Numbered from the stretch's first letter, positions 19,417-29,345 are shown. The stretch is 64,000 nucleotides of DNA from Dehalococcoidia bacterium (GCA_965262485.1 OZ253540.1:3606080-3670079), one strand, 5' to 3'. Notes: a model not told the origin generated them from the sequence alone. Numbers and translations are program-made.

Positions 19417-19697
19417 CAAGCCAAGCCGGACCATAAACCGGCCGCGAATGCCATTGAGCAATCGACGGCTTTTGCAACAATGCTTAGTCTTTTTGCAGCT
19501 CTCGTAAAGCCCAATCCCGAGTAGCGAAGTTTTCTCAACGTGGCGCGCTGTCGCAGGTATTCTGTAGGTACAGGACACTAAACTGCGATCCGAAAGGTTG
19601 GTCTTCATAGGCGAAGACGGAACCAGCATCTTGAATCTAACAAATTCTAACCAGGGGAGGACCATCTCGTGAAGTTGACAAGCTGAATCTGCAGACC

Positions 19698-21464
19698 ATG
19701 TTTGCGAAGCAGATCTGGTACGAGGTCCCACGCTTTCAGAGGCAATACGTTTGGGACGAGGATGAGCAATGGGAGCCGCTGTGGGCCGATGTGCAGAACA
19801 CTGCGGAGCGTTCCTTGGCCATGCGCAACGGCGGAACTGTGGGGATGCAACAGCAGACGCACTTCCTGGGTGCAGTCGTATTGCAGCAGACACAGAACAT
19901 GACTGGCCAGCTTGAATCCCGGTTGGTGGTGGATGGGCAGCAGCGTCTGACCACGCTCCAATTGCTGGTCGATGCCATCCAAGAGGTCTATCAGCAACAG
20001 GGACTGCAAACCGCGGCGGAACGTTTAGCGGACATGGTGCTGAATTACGAACGATACCGAGGAGGCGACCCCGACCGGGCCTTCAAGGTCTGGCCTACTG
20101 CCGCAGACCAGGAAGCTTTCAGGCATGCGATGAGCAATGAACTGCCTAGCGATGAATTCAAGGATTCAAACATCGTACGAGCCCACGAATTTTTCAAAAC
20201 ACAGATTGCTCACTGGCTCATAAAAGACCCCGAGGAACGGGAGACCCGGGCCGACGCTTTGGAACGTACGGTGAATAACCTGCTCGAGTTGGTGGTCATT
20301 GACCTTGAAATGGGCGATGACCCGCACGTCATTTTCGAGACGCTGAATGCTCGCGGGACTCCTCTTCTGGAGTCGGACCTGATCAAAAACATGGTCATGC
20401 ACGAGGCCGTGAGTGCGGGCATCGCTCTGGATTCGGAAGCGGGCAAGAATTCGTGGAGGTTCGACGACGGTTGGTGGAGCCAGGATGTTCAGCAAGGCCG
20501 GTTGGTGCGGCCTCGTATCGACGTATTTCTGAACTACTGGCTGGTAATGCGCTCGCAAGATGAAGTGGCCGCCAAAGAGATGTTCTCGACCTTCCGCCGC
20601 AACTATCCTAACTGGTGTCCCTCTGGGTCAATTGCAGGACTCGCAGACGAGATTCATGCCGCAGCGGAGCATTACCGAACGCTGGAAACCAAGAACCGCA
20701 CAGAAATGGAACAGTTCCTCTATCGCCGTGAAGTGATGCAAGCGGGAGTGTTGACGCCGGTGTTGATGTGGTTGCTGACCGCCGAAACTCCTCAACAACA
20801 ATTAGACAAGGTATTGCGAGCTCTCGAAAGATTCCTAGTCCGACGGATGATACTCCGTATGTCGACCAACGGTTACAACCTACTGTTCATCGGAATGCTG
20901 GAACCGTTGGAGGAAGCAGGCGCACAGCGCGCCGGCGACACCGTGTCTGCATATCTCAAGGACCAGAAAGCCCCTGCGAGGCTCTGGCCGAATGACCACG
21001 CGTTGCGGGAAGCGTTCACCTCGTGGCCTCTCTACAAGTTCCTTACCCGAGGGCGGCTGCGCTTGGTGCTGGAAGGAATCGAGAGCGACCTCAGGACCAG
21101 AATGGCCGAGAGTCAAACCGTAGAACGGACATTAACCATCGAGCACATCATGCCGCAACAGTGGCGGGAGAATTGGAAACTCCTATCGGATATCGAGGAT
21201 GTCGACAAGGCAAAAATCGACCGCGACAACCTAATTCATTCGATGGGCAACCTGACTCTGGTAAACGGTCGGTTGAACTCCAGCCTTTCTAATGCTTCGT
21301 GGGAGGATAAGCGGGCCGCCTTGGATAAACACGGTATGTTTTTCCTCAATAAAAATCTGGTCAGCGAGGCCCCTGATGTATGGAATGAGACTACCATCGA
21401 ACAGCGCGCCCTAGCGCTATGCGAATCAGCCGCAAGAGTCTGGCCTTCGAGTAAGATGTTCTAA
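19698..21464 (+). CDS. DUF262/DUF1524 protein (GmrSD-like type IV restriction enzyme)
   Basis: N-terminal 'VPRFQRQYVWDEDEQWEPLWADV' (DUF262). C-terminal 'LTIEHIMPQQW' and 'HSMGNLTLVNGRLNSSLSN' (His-Me/DUF1524). Confidence 0.85.
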   Translation: MFAKQIWYEVPRFQRQYVWDEDEQWEPLWADVQNTAERSLAMRNGGTVGMQQQTHFLGAVVLQQTQNMTGQLESRLVVDGQQRLTTLQLLVDAIQEVYQQQGLQTAAERLADMVLNYERYRGGDPDRAFKVWPTAADQEAFRHAMSNELPSDEFKDSNIVRAHEFFKTQIAHWLIKDPEERETRADALERTVNNLLELVVIDLEMGDDPHVIFETLNARGTPLLESDLIKNMVMHEAVSAGIALDSEAGKNSWRFDDGWWSQDVQQGRLVRPRIDVFLNYWLVMRSQDEVAAKEMFSTFRRNYPNWCPSGSIAGLADEIHAAAEHYRTLETKNRTEMEQFLYRREVMQAGVLTPVLMWLLTAETPQQQLDKVLRALERFLVRRMILRMSTNGYNLLFIGMLEPLEEAGAQRAGDTVSAYLKDQKAPARLWPNDHALREAFTSWPLYKFLTRGRLRLVLEGIESDLRTRMAESQTVERTLTIEHIMPQQWRENWKLLSDIEDVDKAKIDRDNLIHSMGNLTLVNGRLNSSLSNASWEDKRAALDKHGMFFLNKNLVSEAPDVWNETTIEQRALALCESAARVWPSSKMF

Positions 21465-22323
21465 GAGCCTGTCTACGATCTTTTCAGGATTAGCACCGTG
21501 AAGGCAAGCACCACCATTTGCAGGCTGGTATTGAGCTTCCTTTCACAGTTCTTCCAGAGTCGGCGGCACTTTTCCAGCCAGGCGAAAGACCGCTCCACCA
21601 CCCATCGCTTCGGCAGCACCACGAAGGTGTGCAGTTCGTTGCGTTTCACCACTTCCACCGAGGCTCCCAACAAGCTTTGCACCGCAGCGGCAAAGGGCTT
21701 CCCGGTGTAACCCCCGTCCACCAGCACCTTCTGCACCTGACTGAGGCCATCCCGGTGCTGGTCAAACATCGCCAAACCCAGCCCGGTCGGTAACGTCGGC
21801 GGTAGTCACGTGTATCCCATGGGGCAATCCTTGCGTGTCCACCGCGATGTGTCGCTTGATTCCGGACACCTTCTTGCCCGCGTCATAGCCCTTGTGCTCG
21901 GCGGTGTCCGTGTTCTTCACGCTCTGGGAGTCCACGATGCAGAAGCTGGTCTGCTCTTTCCGTCCATTGCTGCGTCGGGCCGCGCCAACCGATTTTTTTA
22001 GGACTTGCTCCAGAATGGAATCCTGACCCGGGCCAGGCCGCTCGCTCCATTGCCGGAAATACTGGTAGCAAGTGCGCCAATTGGGGAAGTCCGCGGGTAT
22101 CATTCGCCACTGGCACCCGCTTTTCAAGAGGTACAGCACGCCGCAGAAAACGTCATACAAGTCCACGGTGCGGGGCTTGGTCCGGCGTCGGGCCGACTCC
22201 AACGTTGGCAGGATACGGTCAAATTGCTCCCGGCTGATGTCGCTGGGATAGGAATGAGACATGATTACCCCTCCCCTGGTGATAGTCTCAACTTAACCTA
22301 TTTCAGAGATCGTAGACAGGTTC
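21465..22323 (-). mobile_element. IS5-family (IS427-like) element, copy 2, inverted relative to copy 1
   Basis: IRs are GAGCCTGTCTACGATCT (21465-21481) and GAACCTGTCTACGATCT (reverse complement of 22307-22323). It is >90% similar to copy 1 by eye. The flanks are TAA (21462-21464, also the stop codon of the DUF262 gene) and TTA (22324-22326). Confidence 0.85.
21473..22262 (-). pseudogene. IS5-family transposase, OrfA-OrfB fused by an A7 run then broken by a 2-nt deletion
   Basis: ORF 21762..22262 reads OrfA straight into OrfB ('...EQVLKKSVGAARRSNG...DSQSVKNTD...'). The run is T7 on the plus strand (21993-21999) versus A8 in copy 1. The frame is lost at about 21776/21777 ('gctgggtttggcg' versus copy 1 'gctggggctttggcg'). 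Confidence 0.8.
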
Positions 22324-22325
22324 TT

Positions 22326-22607
22326 ACGCTAACTCCCAATCCATCAGGGCATTTTGCCGTGGAGATTCACGACTGGGAGGAGATGATAGCCAACCTGGAT
22401 GCGCTGGAAGTGCCGTATTCTCCACCCTCTGTCCGCGCCTACAGCGGCGGGCACTCCACATACATCCAAGACCCCGACGGGAACATGATCGAGCTGGTGC
22501 AGCACCCCTTGGGGCTGCGAAACTCAAAGAGCGAAACCGTGGAAGTACCGCATGACCCGAAGGGAATGAGGTGGGCGCAACAGCCCGACTTCGGGCCTAC
22601 TGGCTGA
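22326..22607 (+). pseudogene. VOC/glyoxalase-family protein, C-terminal fragment truncated by IS5 copy 2
   Basis: 'GHFAVEIHDWEEMIANLDALEVPY...STYIQDPDGNMIELVQHP' starts directly at the IS boundary. The N-terminal half is absent from the window. Confidence 0.6.
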
Positions 22608-22647
22608 CGCATTTATCCCGGTTGAGGTAACGCCTGAAGGATTACTA

Positions 22648-23501
22648 TTGTCGCGTCGGACTGGACTCCGAGGCTTCGGAGGCGCAGCCGTGCCTTTTCT
22701 AGGCGCCGGTTCCGGAGTGGAACTGCACCATTACGACGACGATTTTACCGATCCGTGGCAGTCCGTGCCGACCTTGCTGTTGCAGCACGGGTTCTCCCGG
22801 AGCGGCAAGTCATGGTGCAACTGGGTACCCTTGCTGTCGGGTGAACTCCGTGTCCTGCGCCCCGATATGCGAGGCATGGGCGGGTCCGTCATTGAGAAGA
22901 CCAATTCCAGCCTTCCCTGGACATCTTTGTCGATGATCCGAGCAGCATCCTCGACCACCTGGGTATAGAGGATGCGGTGTATGTGGGAGAATCCTTCGGA
23001 GGGATTCTCGGACTGAACTTCGTCCACAAGCACCCCCAGCGGGTCCGGGCGCTGGTGCTGTGCAACACCCCCCGCCGACTGCCGAGCAGGGAGCGGTCCG
23101 GCCTGGGAGGGGACACGGACGACGCCCTGAGCCGGAGCGTGGGGGCTTGGTTCAACGCCACCATCAACAACCGGCTGGACGCCAGGGTGGCGCTTCAGGG
23201 ACTCATAGACTGGTACATCGCCGAAAAGGACCGGACGTCTTCCTACATCGGGCGGAGCCTCCAGGCATACCTCGATACGCTGGACTTCAGCCCCTATCTG
23301 AAGGAGGTCGAAACTCCGACGCTGCTTCTGATGGGAGAGGAATCGCCCACCTCGACCCCGGATCAGCAGCGGTTCATGGCCGAGCAGTTGCCGAACTGTC
23401 GGCTGGTGGTCTATCCTGACCTGGGCCGCGGTATCAACGCTATCCACCCGGAGTGGTACACCCAACCGGTACGGGAGTTAGTCGCTTCGCTGACCATTTA
23501 A
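22648..23501 (+). pseudogene. alpha/beta hydrolase, frameshifted
   Basis: ORF 22648..22968 ('LLLQHGFSRSGKSW...LRPDMRGMGGS') and ORF 22977..23501 ('VGESFGG' nucleophile elbow). The intervening '...FQPSLDIFVDDPSSILDHLGIEDAVYVGESFGG' is readable in the second frame. The shift is near 22893-22897. Confidence 0.7.
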
Positions 23502-23511
23502 GGAGGCAATT

Positions 23512-24537
23512 ATGCCCTACTACATGTATGTTGCCGTGAACGAGGACAACAAGATTTCAGTCTTTACCGTGGACCCCGAAAGCGGAGGTCTCACGCACCA
23601 GCGCGACGTGGCTGTCCCCGGCGGCCCGTTCACCCTGGCGATCAGTCCCGACCGCAATCACCTGTATTGCGGCACCCGGGAAAACCCCCAGTTGACCAGC
23701 TTCAGGATCGATCAGTCCGGCGGAGGCCTCACGCAGACGGGGACGGTGCCGCTGGACTCGTGGCCGGTCTACGTCAACACGGACCGGAGGGGCGAGTTCG
23801 TGCTGTCATCCTATTACCAGGGAGCACGCGTGGCTGTGCACCCCATCGGGGACGACGGGTCGGTGGGAGGGGCCCCAGTCGTATCGCTGGAAACTGCGAC
23901 CGGGGCTCACGCGATGCAGACCGACCCGACCAACAGCTACGCTTTCGTTCCTCACATCGCGGGAAACGGCCCCAACCAGATCTGGCAATTCAAGTTCGAC
24001 GAGAACACGGGCAATATCACCCCCAACTCTCCGGCGATAGTGGAACTGGAGGAATTCCTGGGGCCTCGTCACTTCTGCTTTCATCCTTCCCTGGACGTAC
24101 TCTACTTCTCCAACGAGCAGGGTTGCAGCGTGAGCGGCTACCGCCTTGACACCGCGGCGGGAACGCTGTCGATCTTCCAGACCATTCCCACTCTTCCCCC
24201 CGAAGGCTTTGCCGAGAGGAACACCTGCTCCCAGATCCAGATCACCGGAGCGGGCAGGTTTCTTTACGCGCCCAACCGGGGCCATGACAGCATCGCCTGT
24301 TACACGGTGGACACCGGCACCGGCGAATTGGCCTCCAACGGCATCGTTGCTTCAGAGGCAAGACCCAACGCGCTGTGCCTTGGCCCCGGGGACCGGTGCA
24401 TCTACTCGGCCGGCCAGGATTCGGGCCAGATGGCCATATTCAGCGTCAATCCCGATTCCGGCTCGCTAACCTTGTCGGAGACAGTCCCATTGGGTAACGG
24501 GCCGTGCTGGATATCTATCGTGGAGTTGCCGGGATAG
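23512..24537 (+). CDS. lactonase, 7-bladed beta-propeller family (6-phosphogluconolactonase-like)
   Basis: 'YMYVAVNEDNKISVFTVDPESGGLT...PFTLAISPDRNHLY' and repeated blade motifs. RBS AAGGAGG lies upstream. Confidence 0.7.
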   Translation: MPYYMYVAVNEDNKISVFTVDPESGGLTHQRDVAVPGGPFTLAISPDRNHLYCGTRENPQLTSFRIDQSGGGLTQTGTVPLDSWPVYVNTDRRGEFVLSSYYQGARVAVHPIGDDGSVGGAPVVSLETATGAHAMQTDPTNSYAFVPHIAGNGPNQIWQFKFDENTGNITPNSPAIVELEEFLGPRHFCFHPSLDVLYFSNEQGCSVSGYRLDTAAGTLSIFQTIPTLPPEGFAERNTCSQIQITGAGRFLYAPNRGHDSIACYTVDTGTGELASNGIVASEARPNALCLGPGDRCIYSAGQDSGQMAIFSVNPDSGSLTLSETVPLGNGPCWISIVELPG

Positions 24538-24701
24538 GGCCGTCTCAGTTAAGTCAGCCGAGGCGCCACAGCAGCGGCATCTTGCAACGATGCAGTTCTT
24601 GAGCGGGAGTTTAGATTACGGCCTCACCAGAATTGGTGTCAACGCCGACGAACACGGCTTGTTGAAAAAGTCGGTATGAGGCAGTGAGGCAGGCTCAATT
24701 A

Positions 24702-25603
24702 GAGCCTATCCTAAAAATGGGTGAAACCCGTTGAGTAGTGAATGGGGAAGGAGGCAGAGGAGCGGCTAAACTTGGGGAATGACGAAAGCGAAGGAACCCA
24801 AGCCGCCGCGACCGCCCCGCGCCGGCCCGGCCACCCCCAGCGGGTGAATACCCATCCCTTGGATGGAGGCCGGCCCCGGGTTCCGGACCGGACCTGCGCC
24901 AACGGGTATCTGCTACGTGCTGCGCACCGGTTGCCAGTGGAAGTCCTTGGATGCCACCGGCATTTGCTCCGGCTCCACCGCCCACCTGCGCTTTCAGGAA
25001 TGGACCGCCGCCGGGGTGTTCCTGGAAGCCATGGCGGACCGGGCTGGAACGCTATGACGAATTGAAGGGTTTGGACTGGAGTTGGCTGAGCTGGGACGGG
25101 GCCCTGACCAAATCCCCCTTGGGCGGGGGGAAAAACCGGCGCCAACCCCACGGACCGGGGTAAGAGCGGGGTCAAACGCAGTCTGTTGACAGAAGCCCAA
25201 GGCATCCCGGTGGGGCTGGCAGTGGACGGGGCCAACCGCCACGATATGAAGCTGGTGCGGGCCACGGTGGACAGCCTCCCCGTGCCACGCCCCGCGCCCA
25301 GCCCAGAGCATCCCCAGGGTCTGTGCCTGGACAAGGGCTACGACTTTGATGAGGTGCGCCGGACCCTGGACGAGTTTGGCTTCACGGCCCACATCCGCAG
25401 CCGTGGGGAAGAGGCTCAGGCCATCAAGAAAGCGACCGGCTTCAAAGCCCGGCGCTGGGTGGTGGAACGCCCCCACAGCTGGATGAACCGCTTCCGGCGC
25501 ATTTTGGTCCGCTGGGACAAGTCTCCCACCAACTACATAGCCTTTCTGCATTTCGCCTGTGCCCTTATCGCTCTCAGAGCCGCCAGGTTATCAGGATAGG
25601 CTC
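24702..25603 (+). mobile_element. IS5-family-like element (third IS type), degenerate
   Basis: IRs are GAGCCTATCCT (24702-24712) and its reverse complement (25593-25603). TA lies on both flanks (24700-24701, 25604-25605). Confidence 0.75.
24790..25599 (+). pseudogene. IS5-family transposase with several frameshifts
   Basis: The pieces 'GGRPRVPDRT', 'GICYVLRTGCQWKSL', 'LSWDGALTKSPLGGGK' and 'GIPVGLAVDGANRHDMKL...RRWVVERPHSWMNRFRRILVRWDK' lie in at least three frames. Confidence 0.75.
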
Positions 25604-25670
25604 TAAGTATGGAACCGCGTTCTCTGGCGTAGCAACCATCCGTGACGAAGGTGGTAAAGTCATTGACACG

Positions 25671-27234
25671 TTGGAGGGTCAAAATACGCGCCTTTCCGAG
25701 GATAGCAAACGCGTCATGCAAAAGATTGAGGCGTTCCGTCAACAGCAATCTGATGACAATCGAATTGTTTTGGTATTTGCAACCACGGAACCAATTTCAG
25801 AACAAGACCGCCGAGCTTTGGAGGATATAAAAATAATTGGACGGGAGCGCATTTCCGACAAATTTGATGTCGAAGAAGTTTCTCTAATGACCATTTGGGA
25901 GGCCATAGTAGAAGAACAATCGCAGAGCCTGTCTGTCAACGTCAAAGGTCAGTTTGTTGATCAGGACGCCGGCTTGCTTGTAGGCATGGTTTCCCTGATT
26001 GACTTGTTCAAATTCCTCGTTGAATATAAAAACAAGGCAGGTAACCTCGACCAGCTTTATGAAAAGAACGTAAGACAGTTTTTGGGAAGTCGGCGGAAGG
26101 TTAACAAAGGTATCGTATCCACCTTGAACGATAATCCTCAATTGTTTGGGTTGTACAATAATGGCATCACTATTGTGGCGTCGAATTATGTGAAATCGGA
26201 TTCTGATAGCACAGTCGAGATACGCGATCCATACGTTGTGAACGGTTGCCAAACTACCCGCTCTATCTGGCAGGTCCTCGATGGTAAGCTCAATTCAGAC
26301 GGCAGTGCCCGTTCGGATGCCCTTAATGAATGGAGAGAAGGAGTCGAACGAGGTGGGGTAATTGCCAAGATTATCAAAAGCGGCGAAGCCGATATACTAG
26401 ATATTACGCGATTCACGAATTCTCAGAATGCAGTCCGAGCGCAAGATTTTATTGCGCTAGAATCTGGCTTCAGTGATTGGGCCTCTAGTATGGCAAACAC
26501 CTACAAGATATTCTTGGAGACTCAACGAGGCGGCATAGATGCCCGTAAGGCGCGCGAAAAGCAGCATCCAGAAATGGGGCAATTTGATGACTATGTCAAT
26601 GCTTTCGACTTGATAAAGGTCTATGGTGCTGGATGGCTGGCTGCCCTTGGCATGGCATTTGGCAAGAATGCTCCCTTCCTCCCGAAAGGTTCAATTTACG
26701 AACGGATCGTATCTCAGCAGGATGTTGAGATAAGGTTTGGCGCGCGCGATTTGTTATGCAGCGTACAAGATCAAATGCGCTGCGGACTCAATCGGTTTTG
26801 GACGTATTGCCGCCCGTCAACGTCCCAGCAGGGGATCGTCGAGGTTTCTGTTTTACTACGTGGTGATAGAGATGCTCCGCGACGTTATTAAGAGAACCCG
26901 GCAAGTCGCTGACGTACCCGAAAATTTGTTAACAGACGCAGTGCATAAACTCGCAGTTCCTGAGTCCGAAGACGCGTTCGGCGCGCTCTGCGATGCAGCG
27001 GTTGAAGCCGTTGACGAATACCTCACGGAAGGTAGCGAAAACTGTGCTTATGACGAACCAGTCTTCAGCGGCAACCTGTCCAACTTTTTGAAATCTGAAC
27101 AATTGGGCAGAAACGATCAGTTTGCGCCGCTGATGAGGTCATTGTTGGCCACTCACAATACACTGTTCGGGCGTGGTGCCCGCGGTAGTATTTCACCTAG
27201 GGAGCAAGTCGCGCAAGTTATAAACCCGAGCTAG
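25671..27234 (+). pseudogene. AIPR (abortive-infection phage resistance) family protein, N-terminally short and frameshifted
   Basis: 'NVRQFLGSRRKVNKGIVSTLNDNPQLFGLYNNGITIVA...VVNGCQTTRSI' is the AIPR signature. ORF 25671..26891 and ORF 26737..27234 overlap in different frames (shift about 26740-26760). The track start is TTG. The region is AT-rich. Confidence 0.75.
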
Positions 27235-27920
27235 GTAGTTTGGTGCAAGTCAAAAATCCTGCTGCGGACGTTGAACACAAACCCCGGCAGCACTGGCTCC
27301 CCGTCGATGGTCTCCGGGTCGTGCAGCACTTCGGGTTCGGCGTCGGGCCGGTAGATGTGCACCTGTTGGTTGTACGGGTCAATCAGCCAACCCAGCAGCG
27401 CGCCGTTGGCGATGTACAGTTCCATCTTGCGCTGCAACGGGGGCAAACGGTCGGCGCCGGACATTATTTCGGCGACAAAGGCCGGGCAGACGGTGATTGC
27501 GCCCCCCACGGAAACTGGCGGCATTGACGCTACCTGCTCCGGAGACAGCCACAAAGCATCTGGCCGTATCCGGGAGCCGTCGGGCAGGCGCATATTGGCG
27601 TTAGCGCCGTGGGCTTCCCCGCCGTACTCTTCTTCCCAGATTTCCAACGAGCTTGTCAGCCGGGTTTCAGCTTTCGTGCCATCTCGATTTACCATCGGAT
27701 TGATTACCAACTCCCCATCGCTGGTCAGCTCCAGGTTAAACCCACGGCCTTCGTTGGCTTTATCCAGGTCCACAAACCACTCATCTATCTCGGAATCGGT
27801 TAGTTTTCCGGCCACGGATTCCAGGACGGGCCTGATGTTGACGACCAACGTGCGCGGCAGGTCAAAATCGTCAGTGTCGGTAACGCCAACGGTATCTTTG
27901 ATAGTGGCATTGGTTGTCAT
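27231..27920 (-). CDS. Uma2-family (DUF820) endonuclease, paralog 1
   Basis: 'PDALWLSPEQV...VCPAFVAEIMSGADRLPPLQRKMELYIANGALLGWLIDPYNQQVHIYRP'. Confidence 0.85.
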   Translation of the reverse strand: MTTNATIKDTVGVTDTDDFDLPRTLVVNIRPVLESVAGKLTDSEIDEWFVDLDKANEGRGFNLELTSDGELVINPMVNRDGTKAETRLTSSLEIWEEEYGGEAHGANANMRLPDGSRIRPDALWLSPEQVASMPPVSVGGAITVCPAFVAEIMSGADRLPPLQRKMELYIANGALLGWLIDPYNQQVHIYRPDAEPEVLHDPETIDGEPVLPGFVFNVRSRIFDLHQTT

Positions 27921-27925
27921 AGCAT

Positions 27926-28630
27926 CTATCCTTCGAGAACGGGCTCATGCAAGTCAAAAATCCGCCGCCGCACCTCAAACATAAACCCCGGCAGCACCGC
28001 ACCGCCGTTGATCGTCTCCGGGTTATCCAGTACCTCAGGCGAGGCGTCGGGGCGGTAGACGTGAACCTGTTGGTTGTACGGGTCAATCAGCCAACCCAGC
28101 AGCGCGCCGTTGGCGATGTACAGTTCCATCTTGCGCTGCAGCGGCGGCAAACGGTCGGTGCCGGACATTATTTCGGCGACAAAGGCCGGGCAGACGGTGA
28201 TTGCCTTGCCAGGGGTAATGCCGCCCATTTCCGTTATCTGTGCCGGCGACAACCACGCCGCATCCGGCTGGGTTCGAGTGCCATCGGGCAAACGGACAAT
28301 TCCATCGGAGCCGGAGACGCGTCCGCCGTGCCCGTCGTTCCAGGCGAATAGCCTTCCGATCATTTCCACTTCCGCAAAGTTGCCGTCCATATTCACCATG
28401 GGATTGATTACCAGTTCTCCTTTAGCGGTCAGCTCCAGATAGAAGCCACGGCCCTCGTTGGCTTTGGCGAGACCGACGATCCATTGGTCGATTTCGTCAT
28501 CGCTAAGTTTGCCGGCAACCGAGTCCAGGATGGACCGGATGTTGATAGTGAGAGGCAATGGCACATCGCTCCAGTCAGTAATGTCGTGGTCATCCGTGGC
28601 TGGAGCGTGGGGTTTGGGTTGAGCAACCAT
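27926..28630 (-). CDS. Uma2-family (DUF820) endonuclease, paralog 2
   Basis: Same architecture; 'VCPAFVAEIMSGTDRLPPLQRKMELYIANGALLGWLIDPYNQQVHVYRP'. Confidence 0.85.
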   Translation of the reverse strand: MVAQPKPHAPATDDHDITDWSDVPLPLTINIRSILDSVAGKLSDDEIDQWIVGLAKANEGRGFYLELTAKGELVINPMVNMDGNFAEVEMIGRLFAWNDGHGGRVSGSDGIVRLPDGTRTQPDAAWLSPAQITEMGGITPGKAITVCPAFVAEIMSGTDRLPPLQRKMELYIANGALLGWLIDPYNQQVHVYRPDASPEVLDNPETINGGAVLPGFMFEVRRRIFDLHEPVLEG

Positions 28631-28656
28631 CTCGTCTATCCCTCCTGGCCAGGTGG

Positions 28657-29334
28657 TTAATGCAAGTCAAAAATGCGGCTGCGGACATTGAACACGAACC
28701 CGGGCAGCACGGGCTCCCCGTCGATAGTCTCCGGGTCGTGCAGCACTTCGGGTTCGGCGCCGGGCCGGTAGATATGCACCCGGCGCTGGAAGGGGTCGAT
28801 TAGCCAACCGAGCAGTGCACCGGAGGTAATCCACTCCTCCATTTTGGCCTGCTGGTCTTCAAGCGCGTTAGACCGGGAACGAATTTCTACTATGAAGCGG
28901 GGGGCAAATGGCGCACCGTAGTCGCGCTGGCCAGCCGGGGGCAATTCGGCCAACTGCTCTGGTGCAATCCAGCCAGCATCGGGAGCGCGGCGTCCCGGCC
29001 AAGGCATTCGCACTAGCGCGTTTCCGGTTACTACCAACCCAGCAGGGCCCGTGTTCGCCCAAAACTGCAAATCAAAATAAACGCTACCCGCACGCTGCAT
29101 ACCGTCCATGCTCTCCGACGCCATTGCCAATAATCTCCCGGCCTCATCAATCTCAAACTGGTAGCCCAAATCCTTGTTGTCATGAGTGAACTCAATGAAC
29201 CAGGCATCCAGCGCGTCATCGTCAGGCAGCAGGGCCAGCACCGAACGGATGTCCAGCGCAAAGCTCTCAGGGAGCATATCGTCGTCAGCATCGGCGGTTA
29301 CCGCCAGCGGAGCGGTGATCGGCTGTGTACTCAT
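28657..29334 (-). CDS. Uma2-family (DUF820) endonuclease, paralog 3
   Basis: 'APRFIVEIRSRSNALEDQQAKMEEWITSGALLGWLIDPFQRRVHIYRP'. Its C-terminus is identical to paralog 1. Confidence 0.85.
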   Translation of the reverse strand: MSTQPITAPLAVTADADDDMLPESFALDIRSVLALLPDDDALDAWFIEFTHDNKDLGYQFEIDEAGRLLAMASESMDGMQRAGSVYFDLQFWANTGPAGLVVTGNALVRMPWPGRRAPDAGWIAPEQLAELPPAGQRDYGAPFAPRFIVEIRSRSNALEDQQAKMEEWITSGALLGWLIDPFQRRVHIYRPGAEPEVLHDPETIDGEPVLPGFVFNVRSRIFDLH

Positions 29335-29345
29335 TTTGCTCTACC

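Noticed and set aside
6048-22323. A clean composite transposon formed by the two IS5 copies
   Set aside because: Copy 1 has its own matching TAA duplication inside the ISAs1 element. The outer flanks of the pair do not form a shared target duplication. The interior is a patchwork of truncated genes.
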